Shown: positions 17,588-26,624, counted from the first letter of the stretch. The stretch is DNA of 64,000 bases from an uncultured Clostridium sp. (GCA_964490375.1 CAZBAZ010000003.1:1448-65447); one strand, 5' to 3'. Numbers and translations are program-made. The notes: a model not told the origin generated them from the sequence alone.

Positions 17588-18470
17588 TTTTATCCCTCCT
17601 TGGAAAACATTCATAATAAACTTTTTTTAAATGTTCATTAGTTACATGTGTATATATTTCTGTTGCTTTTAAACTTGAATGCCCAAGCAACTCTTGTACT
17701 ACTTTGATATCACATCCATTATTTAACATATCTGTTGCAAATGTATGTCTTAGAACATGAGGTGTAACATGTGTTTTAATAGATAGTCTTTTCATAATAT
17801 TATCTATTATATATCTTACGCCTCTTTCAGTTAATTTTCCACCCCTGTTATTAATGAATAAATATCCTTCAGAATTTTTATGAGTTAACAAATATTCTTT
17901 TAAAACGTCTTCTGCATATTCTCCATAATATACAATTCTTTCTTTATTTCCTTTTCCACAAACTACTATTCTTCTATTATTAAAATCTATATTGTTAATT
18001 TTAATATTAACTAATTCGCTTACTCTTAATCCTGTAGCATATAGCATTTCAATTATAAGTCTGTCTCTTACACCATCTTTATCATTTTTTGATTCTCTTA
18101 TAATATCTAATAAATCATTATAATAAACAAATTTAGGTAGTCTTTTATCTACTTTTGGATAAGATATTTTATATAATGGATAATCTTTTTTATCTATATA
18201 ATCATTTTTATATAGAAATTTATAAAATGATTTTAATGAACTTATTTTTCTTCTAACGGATGTTGGTTTCTCTTTTTGAAGATTTAAATATTCTAAATAA
18301 TCTCTTATATCTTCTTCTTTTACATTGCTTAAATCTTTTTTAATAAATAATCTAAAATAATATAAATCATTTATATAAGATATTAAGGTATTATTTGAAT
18401 AATTCTTTTTTTGAATTTCATTAATAAAATCATTGATTAAAATATTTTTAGTAAATTCTTCCTTATCCAT
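17580..18470 (-). CDS. tyrosine recombinase, XerC/XerD family
   Basis: N-terminal SAM-like core-binding domain, with catalytic residues in ATGLRVSEL...RHTFATDML...LGHSSLKATEIYTHV. I cannot tell from sequence alone whether this is the chromosomal dimer resolvase or an islet integrase. Confidence 0.8.
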   Translation of the reverse strand: MDKEEFTKNILINDFINEIQKKNYSNNTLISYINDLYYFRLFIKKDLSNVKEEDIRDYLEYLNLQKEKPTSVRRKISSLKSFYKFLYKNDYIDKKDYPLYKISYPKVDKRLPKFVYYNDLLDIIRESKNDKDGVRDRLIIEMLYATGLRVSELVNIKINNIDFNNRRIVVCGKGNKERIVYYGEYAEDVLKEYLLTHKNSEGYLFINNRGGKLTERGVRYIIDNIMKRLSIKTHVTPHVLRHTFATDMLNNGCDIKVVQELLGHSSLKATEIYTHVTNEHLKKVYYECFPRRDKNE

Positions 18471-18489
18471 AAGTTAATTATATTATAAA

Positions 18490-18528
18490 AAATAAAAATA
18501 ATAAAGAGACACTTTATTTTAGTGTCTC
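18490..18528 (-). terminator. intrinsic terminator between the islet and xer
   Basis: Minus strand: GAGACACTaaaataaAGTGTCTC (8-bp stem) followed by TTTATTATTTTTATTTTTT. Confidence 0.6.
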
Positions 18529-18851
18529 AAATCTATATTAAACACCATTGGTGTCCATTAATATTTTATGGATTATAGTTAAGAATGTTCATATTATTTA
18601 TTAGTTGATAGTAGTATTATATTCTAACATTTGATTTATATACTTCTAATAAGGATATTAGATAGTAGTTATTTATTTTACTATCTATTATATTGTATGT
18701 TATAGTTAAGTTCTTTAATAATTAATAATGCCTATATTTTAAATTATATTATATTTTCTAATTATAATTCTATTATCACTCCATTAATTATGTATTATAG
18801 CATAGTAAACTATCTTTTATTTTTTTCTTTTAATCATTGTTCTAGTTCATT

Positions 18852-19226
18852 TCAAATATTTTCTATGCATTCTTTAAATCTTTTCAAAAGTAAAATATAC
18901 CTTCCAGATTTAATTTTTTTATATACCATACCTGTCGCTATTCCGGAACCATCAACATGCCACAGCCAATCTAAATAGATTATACATTCAGCCATGTCAA
19001 GTGAAGAAATATCTTCAATATTATTTAATACTCTTCCTCCTGCTTTATGTGCATTACGACCTACTTTTAAAATATTTTTAAAATAGTCATCTTCTAAAAT
19101 TTCAAATATTGATATTATTTCATTGGAATAAGTATATCTTCCACTTTCAAACTCAATTTTAAAATTATTATTTTTAATATCATTTATCATTTTTAGAAGT
19201 AGATCTATATATTTTTTGTTTTCCAT
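18852..19226 (-). CDS. hypothetical protein (124 aa), downstream partner of the nuclease-like gene
   Basis: Clean ORF 79 nt downstream of the 305-aa ORF on the same strand. It contains ...DWLWHVDGSGIATGMVYKKIKSGRY.... No family recognised with confidence. Confidence 0.5.
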   Translation of the reverse strand: MENKKYIDLLLKMINDIKNNNFKIEFESGRYTYSNEIISIFEILEDDYFKNILKVGRNAHKAGGRVLNNIEDISSLDMAECIIYLDWLWHVDGSGIATGMVYKKIKSGRYILLLKRFKECIENI

Positions 19227-19305
19227 ATCTATTTTCCTTTCAAAATTAGTTGTTACTTTTTAGCTTGACATAATTTTTATAGACTTATTCTGTAGCATTA
19301 TCAAT

Positions 19306-20223
19306 TCATATAATATATTTGCTAATGAGATTTTTATTATTATTCACAAAATCTTCTAATTCTCTTTTTGAAATAATTATTATATTTTTGTTTTCTTTTG
19401 ATCCTTTATATTCATTAGAATTTGAGTAAAAATAAAATTTAAAATTATTATAAATATTTTTATAATCGTCATCATTAAGATTTATTACTCCTGACTTAAT
19501 TTGAACGTAAACATTTTCAAAGTTTTTATTGTCATATAATACACATTCATAAGTTTTTGTATTAGATTTACACGTATTGCTGTATACCAAATAATTATAT
19601 TTTAGTTGTAAATATAAAATAACTAATTCTTCAAGATCTTCTGATCTCATGTTACTTATTATCAAATTTTTATTATCATAACAATCATAATATTTAGTAT
19701 TACTAACCATGTTATAAGTTTTCATAGAAAACATTTTTGTTTCTTCAAAATTCTTATTTATTCTTCTAATTCCTCCAGAGCAGAAAATATTTACTATTGT
19801 TCCTATTACTTTATCAGATGTTCCAACATATAACATTTTGCATTTTAATCCATGCCAAATATCATATTCTTGATGTTTTTTTATTTCTGACTCATTTAGT
19901 TCATTTCTAAAATAATCAATTTTTTCTCCTGTAAATCTACATAAATAATAATTGTTTCCAGACCTAGTCCATATTAAATCATCCTTTTTAATTTCATTAA
20001 ATTGTTTAACTATTTTAATAAATGATGATATTTTTGGATTTCCAATAAAATTACTATTTTTGCTTACAAATTCTTCATAGTTTGAGTCTAATCCAACTAT
20101 TGTTTTATTTGTTTCCCATCCTATTCCTAATATATTATTTTCTAAACAAAAATTAAATGCTGCTACCTGTTTTTTACTCTCATTAACATGAATTGGTATT
20201 GCCCATATTTTTATATCATTCAT
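19306..20223 (-). CDS. putative PD-(D/E)xK (Mrr-like) restriction-endonuclease-fold protein with N-terminal unknown domain
   Basis: The C-terminal segment EDLEELVILYLQLKYNYLVYSNTCKSNTKTYECVLYDNKNFENVYVQIKSG resembles the Mrr-cat layout (FE.lv..lL...GY.v...[D/E]...D...vQ.K). The N-terminal ~170 aa (KIWAIPIH...NNILGIGW...DDLIWTRSGNNYYLCRFTGE) resembles the small 'reader-like' N-domains of type IV restriction proteins. Assignment is by eye only. Confidence 0.4.
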   Translation of the reverse strand: MNDIKIWAIPIHVNESKKQVAAFNFCLENNILGIGWETNKTIVGLDSNYEEFVSKNSNFIGNPKISSFIKIVKQFNEIKKDDLIWTRSGNNYYLCRFTGEKIDYFRNELNESEIKKHQEYDIWHGLKCKMLYVGTSDKVIGTIVNIFCSGGIRRINKNFEETKMFSMKTYNMVSNTKYYDCYDNKNLIISNMRSEDLEELVILYLQLKYNYLVYSNTCKSNTKTYECVLYDNKNFENVYVQIKSGVINLNDDDYKNIYNNFKFYFYSNSNEYKGSKENKNIIIISKRELEDFVNNNKNLISKYII

Positions 20224-20428
20224 AATTTTTTACCTTTAGTATTTTATACTTATTTTCCCTTTTTTGTACATTTTAATATTGACATTTACAATAATCTTAT
20301 TACAATATTTTTCTAATGGTTCATAATGTTATATTCTAATATCTAATTAAAAAATATTTGAACACTATCACCTTGCATCACGATTATATCATATTTTATT
20401 TCTCTTTTTGTACATTCTTATAGTATCA

Positions 20429-20593
20429 TTAACATTTTTCTCTTGTAGTAGGTTTATCTTCATAACCATTATCATACTTTTTTATAGTCCTATAATCACA
20501 GTTATGAATTCTAGCCGCTTCGGCATAATTTGGTTTTATATTATTTATTTTTATAATCAATAACTCCTGTTTTGATTTATTTAATTCTCTCAT
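20429..20593 (-). mobile_element. IS-transposase N-terminal HTH remnant (IS21-like?), 54 codons
   Basis: The minus strand reads MRELNKSKQELLIIKINNIKPNYAEAARIHNCDYRTIKKYDNGYEDKPTTREKC*. The HTH followed by 'RTIKKY' resembles transposase N-termini (...IAR.LG.SRNTVRKY...). There is no catalytic domain and I saw no inverted repeats. Confidence 0.4.
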
Positions 20594-20682
20594 GTTATAC
20601 CTCCAGCTTTCCTTAAAAGTATAACAAAAGAATGTAGGAAAACAGACATTTTTATATTACATTTTTCCTGCATTTTATTTTA

Positions 20683-21012
20683 CCATTTACAATATCTTAT
20701 TTCATCTATATTTTTTAAAGGCTATAACTCGACATAATGGCTCCAAGACAATTATGTCGCAGCTTGCGACACTTTTTCATCACTAAACATACTATAGAAT
20801 TGTTTCATCCTAAATAATGTTCTTCTATTATATTTTTTACCAACTTCAATGACTAATTTTTTAGAATATTCATCTATAATATTATCTTCATATTTTCCGC
20901 CTGCTTCATTTAGCAACTTGCCAATTTCAAAATATGTAATAACTTTATGTCTTTCCTTCGAATAGTCTTTTACTTTCAAATATATTTCATTATCTACTAA
21001 TTTTTTTTTATT
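20683..21012 (-). pseudogene. DUF1016/YhcG-family gene remnant (N-terminal part, in-frame TAA and TAG)
   Basis: The frame reads ...LVDNEIYLKVKDYSKERHKVITYFEIGKLLNEAGGKYEDNIIDEYSKKLVIEVGKKYNRRTLFRMKQFYSMFSDEKVSQAAT*LSWSHYVEL*PLKNIDEIR.... The motifs YWEIGK..., R.L..M.QFY and LSWSHYVELL are DUF1016 N-domain signatures. The C-terminal nuclease domain is absent. Confidence 0.6.
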
Positions 21013-21041
21013 TCATTATAATAATTTATATTTACTTTTTC

Positions 21042-23135
21042 CTACGGACTACAAGTCTTAATTTTATATTCTTTTTTATTTAATTCAACTTCAATAGTTC
21101 CATCTTTGTCTGTTCTATAAATCTTACTATTACTTAAAATATCTAATACCGACTCTTTTGGATGACCATACCTATTATTTCTGCCTACACTAATTATTGA
21201 ATACTTTGGATTAATAATATCTATAAAATATTTACTAGAAGAAGTGTTTGAACCATGATGACCTACTTTTAAAAAATCTATGTTTTTTAAATTATATTTA
21301 TTTATTAAGTCATTTTCCTTATTTAAGCCTGAGTCTCCCATAAAAAGAAATTTATAATTATTATATATAAAATATATTACTATTGAGTTATCATTTTCAT
21401 TATCATATATTCTTGTGTTTAATATTTTTAAGTCAATATTATCTATATTTAGTTCTTTTATGCAAGAATAATATTTGATGTTTTTATCTTTTAAAATATT
21501 TATTAATTCTAATTCTAATTTATTAGATTCTCCACAATTTAGAATTACATTTTTTACTTTAAAATTTTTTATTAAATCAATTGAATAACCCATGTGATCT
21601 GTATCTCCATGTGTGATAAAAAGATAATCTATTTTTTTAATTCCTAAACTTTTATAAAATGGTATTAGTGAATCTATCATTTGATTAGATTCTTTGTTTT
21701 TTATAGTCCAAGATTCTTTTTTATAGTTTATTTTTCCCCCTGTATCAATTAATATTGTATTATTATTTTTTGTTAATATTAGTATGTTATCTCCTTGACC
21801 TATATCATTAAAATATACATGCATTTTAGAGTCAAAATTAGGTTTTATGAATAAATATACTATAAATAATAAAAGTATTAAAAATAAACGCTTATTTAAC
21901 TTAATTGATGATAATAAAATCAAATAATAAATGATAATTTCTATTAAATTTATTTTTTTAAATATTAAGCTAATATTTAATACTTTACTACTTAAATTAG
22001 ATGCTTTTTCCATTATAAATATTAAAAAATTAAGTATAAAAAATAGTTTATTAAATAAAAAAGTCAATAAAGAAATTGGAAATACTAAATAAGAAACAAA
22101 TGGTATAAAGAATAAGTTATTTATGAATCCTATTATATTTACTTCATAAGATAGATTTATTATTATAGGTAAACTTGATAAAAAAGAAATCATACTTATT
22201 ATTATAATTGAGTATTTTTTGCTAATCTTAAAATTTTCATTAAATAAAATAATGAAAAAAGTTATTGTGAAAGATAAAATAAATCCAATATTAAATATAT
22301 AAAAAGGATTTATAAATATAAGAATAGTAAAAGTTACATATAAAATATATTTGGGCTTAATATAGAAATAATAAATTTTATTAATATTATAGAGTATAAA
22401 ATATATTACAGCTCGTAATATTGATGGCGTAAATGACGCTATAAAAGCAAATAATATTAATAATATGCTTGTAATTATTAAAGAAATTTTTTCGTTAATT
22501 TTTAATTTTTTTAATATATAGATAATAATACTTGAAAATAATGAAACATGTAAACCTGATAAAGCAAACAAATGAGTTATACCATTAATTTTATATTGAT
22601 TATATATTTCACTTTCTATATAAGAACTTTTACCTAAAATGAATGCATAGAGATATTGATTATTTTTTATATTATTGACCTTATTTATTATTTTATTTTT
22701 TAATTTTAAAAAGATATTTTTATTCTTATTAACTGATTTATATGATTCAATATTCAAAATATAATTTTTATAATTATACTTTAAATATTTTTTATAGTTA
22801 AATGTATTTTGAATTGTATTATTGTTTGGTAACTTTAACTCACCTTTTATGTAAATTGTATCACCTATTTCAAATTTAAAATTATTTTTCTCATCTATAC
22901 TTTTAAAGTAATATGAACCAACTATTTCATCATAAAAATCTATTGATAATTTATTTCCATCAATTTTTATGGCTTTAATTTTTAAAATAAAATCACTATC
23001 ATTTAAATCATATTTATTTAGAGGAATATATTTTTTATTATATATTATTATAAATAATATGCTTATTAAAAGTAATAGATAGTAAATAATATCAAGTAGT
23101 AATATTTTCCTTAATCTTAGAGAAAATCTTTTCAC
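21042..23135 (-). CDS. comEC: DNA internalisation competence protein ComEC/Rec2
   Basis: Polytopic membrane protein with the competence-domain motif ITHLFALSGLHVSLF and a C-terminal metallo-beta-lactamase motif, FITHGDTDHMG...GHHGS. Confidence 0.85.
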   Translation of the reverse strand: MKRFSLRLRKILLLDIIYYLLLLISILFIIIYNKKYIPLNKYDLNDSDFILKIKAIKIDGNKLSIDFYDEIVGSYYFKSIDEKNNFKFEIGDTIYIKGELKLPNNNTIQNTFNYKKYLKYNYKNYILNIESYKSVNKNKNIFLKLKNKIINKVNNIKNNQYLYAFILGKSSYIESEIYNQYKINGITHLFALSGLHVSLFSSIIIYILKKLKINEKISLIITSILLILFAFIASFTPSILRAVIYFILYNINKIYYFYIKPKYILYVTFTILIFINPFYIFNIGFILSFTITFFIILFNENFKISKKYSIIIISMISFLSSLPIIINLSYEVNIIGFINNLFFIPFVSYLVFPISLLTFLFNKLFFILNFLIFIMEKASNLSSKVLNISLIFKKINLIEIIIYYLILLSSIKLNKRLFLILLLFIVYLFIKPNFDSKMHVYFNDIGQGDNILILTKNNNTILIDTGGKINYKKESWTIKNKESNQMIDSLIPFYKSLGIKKIDYLFITHGDTDHMGYSIDLIKNFKVKNVILNCGESNKLELELINILKDKNIKYYSCIKELNIDNIDLKILNTRIYDNENDNSIVIYFIYNNYKFLFMGDSGLNKENDLINKYNLKNIDFLKVGHHGSNTSSSKYFIDIINPKYSIISVGRNNRYGHPKESVLDILSNSKIYRTDKDGTIEVELNKKEYKIKTCSP

Positions 23136-23871
23136 TAATTCCTTTTACATTTTTTAGTTCTTCAATAGATTTAAACTTACCATTTGAAGTTCTATATTCA
23201 ATAATTAATGCTGCTTTTGATTCTCCTATTCCATTTAATGTTTGTAATTCTTCTAGTGAGGCAGTGTTTATATTTATTTTACTATTTGAGGTTTCTTCTT
23301 CGTTTGTTTCATTTTTAATATTACTACAATCACATGGTACTTCTATTATATTATCTTGTTTTTCTGCTTCTTCTATTTCTTTATTAGAATAAATGATTAT
23401 AACATCACCATCTTCTAGTTTTTTTGATAAATTGATGTAACTAGTGTTTGCATCCTTATTTAATCCACCAGAAGCTTTAATTGCATCAATAACCCTAGAA
23501 TTAATATTTAGTTCATATACTCCTGGTGTTTTAACGCTTCCTTTGATATCAACAAATATTTTTTCTTCATTATCATTAGAGCATTCATTTGATTCTTGTA
23601 TTTCTTCTTGTACTTGTGTTTCTTCATCTGTCTTTTCTATTTCTTCTATTACTGGAGCATCATAAGTAATTTTACTATTACTTTCTATTTTTTCTTCTTT
23701 TCTATTAATCATTGTAAATAAAAACATAAAGCTTGTTAAATTAATTAATAATAAGAAGCTTGGCATAATAAATTTCTTATAATTAATAGTTTTTAAATAG
23801 TTTAATAATTTATATCTAAACTCTTCCAACTTTCTCCTTTCTATATATTCCTCTACTAATATAATTCGCAA
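23092..23871 (-). CDS. comEA: competence protein ComEA (DNA receptor, HhH)
   Basis: N-terminal TM anchor, an SLBB-like segment (VDIKGSVKTPGVYEL) and a C-terminal helix-hairpin-helix, ININTASLEELQTLNGIGESKAALIIEYR...GKFKSIEELKNVKGISEKIFSKI. The exact start is uncertain. Confidence 0.8.
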   Translation of the reverse strand: MRIILVEEYIERRKLEEFRYKLLNYLKTINYKKFIMPSFLLLINLTSFMFLFTMINRKEEKIESNSKITYDAPVIEEIEKTDEETQVQEEIQESNECSNDNEEKIFVDIKGSVKTPGVYELNINSRVIDAIKASGGLNKDANTSYINLSKKLEDGDVIIIYSNKEIEEAEKQDNIIEVPCDCSNIKNETNEEETSNSKININTASLEELQTLNGIGESKAALIIEYRTSNGKFKSIEELKNVKGISEKIFSKIKENITT

Positions 23872-23922
23872 AAACTTTTTAAAACACTACTTTTTTACAT
23901 AAAAAAAGAAGATTTTCATCTT

Positions 23923-25476
23923 CTAATTTAATTCTATTGGAGTATTCTTACTATTAATTACAACATAAGCCACTGTAAATGATAATACTATTATTGCAAA
24001 TAATATTGCAATGTTTGTTACTCCTGTTTTAGGATTATATGCAAATTCAAATGTTTTTTCAATATTTACTCCTACTATTTTTCCACCAGATATTACATCT
24101 TGAGTTAATGGTGAGTAAGAATAATAAATTCTACCTCTATCTGTTGATGGATTAAATGAATAAGCATTTATAGTTGAAGCTTCTACTTTCAAACTTGCTA
24201 TTTTTGATGATTTAGTTACTTGAATATAGAATTTTTGATTTGGTCCTAATTTAGTAACTTCTTCTCCACTTTCATCAATTAATTTAACTGCGTCTTTATC
24301 ATCACCTGAAATATTAATTTCAAATCCTTCTACTGATAATACATCATAAGAAATTGAATATGGTCCATATAAATATGCATCTTTTGTTTCTTTAGCAACT
24401 TCTTTTCCTGCTTCTGGTTTTACAACATCAATTGTATTTGTGAATGTTAAATTATTATAATTAGTATAAATATCTCTATCTGCAATTAAATATCCATATA
24501 AAGTATTTAATTGTTCACTTCCTTCTAAAGTACTACCTAACTTAACATTTGTTTCAACATACATATCATTTGCTTTCCATATAGCATATTGTACTGTAGA
24601 ATAAACATAATTTTCAGTTATTGCTTTTAATTGCTCATCAGTTAAAGTTTCTCCAGAGTGTAGTGTTTTAACTTCTTCTAATAATTTACTATAACTTGCT
24701 CCAGCTGCTTCTAATGATTCCTCTATTCCTAGTGTTGGATAACTATGTTCAATAATCCATAATGCATGATTATATGTATTTTCAGCATCGCTTTCAGTTA
24801 TAAATTTACTAAATAGAATATCATCTAAAGTAAATTCTAAAGTATATTTTGATTCATCTTCGCTTCCTAGATCTTTTGGAAGTATTGTTAATGTTGCTCC
24901 TGTTGTTTCTGTATAAACAATTTTTGTAACATAAACTGTTACTTTTTCTTTTCCTGCTTTGATTGTATTAACAAGATCTTCTTCTGTTTTACCTTCAGGT
25001 AATGTATAAGTTATGTCTGGTTCAAATATCATTCCTAAAGCTTTTTTAAATGCCTCTTTTAATTCCTTCTTGTTATACAATGCAAATTTAACATATTCAT
25101 CTAATAATGTTTCATTATTTGTTACTGATGAATTTTCTTTAGTATAATTCACATAATTTTCTTTCGGATATTTTAGTTCTGGATTTAAGCAATATGCTGA
25201 GAACCAAGATTCATTTAATGTTTGAGTTTCTTTATTATAATCTTGTGCTAAAATTATCTTTTGCATAGTTGATTTTCCAGTAACTCTTTCGTTGTCTTCT
25301 TTTGAAGTTGTAAATTTAATTTTACTAAAATCAAATGTTTCATCTGTTTGGCCATACAAAGTAGCATCTTGTCCAGGAATAACAGATGGTGCTTTGGCTG
25401 TTTCTGCATTAACGCCAGTAAGACCAGCAAATAATATTAATACAGTTAAAAAACTTAATATAATTTTCTTTTTCAT
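23923..25476 (-). CDS. Cys-Gln thioester-domain (TQXA-type) surface adhesin
   Basis: Signal peptide MKKKIILSFLTVLILFAGLTGVNA. It has a candidate thioester Cys in WFSAYCLNPELKYP, an IIEHSYPT motif (compare ..GYP), and Gln in STVQYAIWKAN (compare TQxAIW). The C-terminus reads YNPKTG followed by a hydrophobic helix. Confidence 0.6.
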   Translation of the reverse strand: MKKKIILSFLTVLILFAGLTGVNAETAKAPSVIPGQDATLYGQTDETFDFSKIKFTTSKEDNERVTGKSTMQKIILAQDYNKETQTLNESWFSAYCLNPELKYPKENYVNYTKENSSVTNNETLLDEYVKFALYNKKELKEAFKKALGMIFEPDITYTLPEGKTEEDLVNTIKAGKEKVTVYVTKIVYTETTGATLTILPKDLGSEDESKYTLEFTLDDILFSKFITESDAENTYNHALWIIEHSYPTLGIEESLEAAGASYSKLLEEVKTLHSGETLTDEQLKAITENYVYSTVQYAIWKANDMYVETNVKLGSTLEGSEQLNTLYGYLIADRDIYTNYNNLTFTNTIDVVKPEAGKEVAKETKDAYLYGPYSISYDVLSVEGFEINISGDDKDAVKLIDESGEEVTKLGPNQKFYIQVTKSSKIASLKVEASTINAYSFNPSTDRGRIYYSYSPLTQDVISGGKIVGVNIEKTFEFAYNPKTGVTNIAILFAIIVLSFTVAYVVINSKNTPIELN

Positions 25477-25552
25477 ATCATCTCTCCTTTATTTTATATA
25501 TTAATATTAGCACAACTTTTTATAAAAGTACATAAAAAAAGAAAAATCAAAA

Positions 25553-26440
25553 TTAAATTTTTCTTTTAAATGAGTAACCATTTTTTAAATATTTCTCTTT
25601 ATCTTCATAGTAATAATTTAACATTGTAATAAAACATCTTGTTCCATAACTATCTTTTATAACTTTGTGTTCTAACATAATATCAATTGTTTCTTTTAAA
25701 TTCTTATACTCTTCTTCTTTCATTTGAATAGCAAGACTTCTTACATATGTGAAAGTTAAAAGTATTCTTCTTGAATTAATAGGATGAAAGAAACTTTTTT
25801 CACTTAATACACTCATTTTTTTAATATATTTAGTTATTTCTAAAAAATTCTTTGCAGATATTAAATCATTATAATCTTTACTAGGTTTTTGGTTTTCATA
25901 TTCACTACAATTAATAAATGCATATTCATATTTGGAATTTATTAAAATATTTTTAAAATATTTACTTTTTTGTTCAATAATTAAATCATCTAGAAAGTCT
26001 AAAAAATATTTATCTCTTGTACTTTCACCTATAAAATACGCTGTTTTATCTATATTTACATCATCAATATAATATTTCATAAAAATACTAGATAACTTAT
26101 TTGATATTCTCATAGAAATAGCTTTTTCTCCTATATTATCATTAAAGATTATTCTTTCTGGAGAATGAAGTGTTTTTTCTAAATTTATTTTTTCTTCTGA
26201 ATCTTGATACAATTTTAATAATAATTTTCTTACATATTCTTTATTTCTAATTGTATTTTTTTCTATTTCTTTATAAACTAAATTTTCTATGTTTTTTAAT
26301 ATATTTGCGGTTTCTAATAATTTCATATATTTAATAGAATTTGTTCCATTTTTAATTTCTTCTTGAGCAAGAGCAATATATATATAATATATTTTTTCAG
26401 ATATTGATTTGATACTTGTATATATATCTAATGGTTCCAT
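25553..26440 (-). CDS. hypothetical protein (295 aa)
   Basis: Clean ORF driven by a consensus promoter (see 26465-26493). No motif recognised. Confidence 0.5.
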   Translation of the reverse strand: MEPLDIYTSIKSISEKIYYIYIALAQEEIKNGTNSIKYMKLLETANILKNIENLVYKEIEKNTIRNKEYVRKLLLKLYQDSEEKINLEKTLHSPERIIFNDNIGEKAISMRISNKLSSIFMKYYIDDVNIDKTAYFIGESTRDKYFLDFLDDLIIEQKSKYFKNILINSKYEYAFINCSEYENQKPSKDYNDLISAKNFLEITKYIKKMSVLSEKSFFHPINSRRILLTFTYVRSLAIQMKEEEYKNLKETIDIMLEHKVIKDSYGTRCFITMLNYYYEDKEKYLKNGYSFKRKI

Positions 26441-26464
26441 AATTGACTCCTTACTACATTAAAA

Positions 26465-26502
26465 ATTATATTATAAAGAAAAAGCGTTGTCAATTTTGAC
26501 AA
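26465..26502. promoter_or_regulatory. palindromic back-to-back -35 boxes / consensus minus-strand promoter
   Basis: TTGTCAATTTTGACAA (26487-26502) is a perfect 16-bp palindrome. Read on the minus strand it gives TTGACA, a 17-nt spacer and TATAAT (26465-26493) upstream of the 25553-26440 gene. Read on the plus strand it gives TTGACA facing the amine-dehydrogenase gene. Confidence 0.55.
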
Positions 26503-26624
26503 TATTTGTCTTTTTCAATATTGAAGTGCTGCACTTAACTTATTAATCATATAATTTACACTTATAATTTTAAAATATTTTCTTATAATATAAAATGTGC
26601 TATGATTATATTAAGGAGGATTAT

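Noticed and set aside
20429-20593. Calling an intact insertion sequence at the transposase-like HTH ORF.
   Set aside because: Only ~54 codons remain. There is no DDE or other catalytic domain and no terminal inverted repeats that I could see.
13850-21012. In-frame TAA/TAG codons inside recognisable ORF6N and DUF1016 frames could hint at stop-codon reassignment. The low GC could hint at Mollicutes code 4.
   Set aside because: All conserved housekeeping genes terminate normally at TAA/TAG/TGA and are full length under code 11. TGA is used as a stop (for example at 187-189) and Trp is TGG. The affected genes are also truncated and sit in eroded mobile DNA, so they are pseudogenes.
23092-23135. 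The 44-nt overlap between comEA and comEC as evidence of a frameshift or a fused gene.
   Set aside because: Both frames are independently complete with their own conserved domains. Overlaps of this size are common here, and the exact comEC start is simply uncertain.
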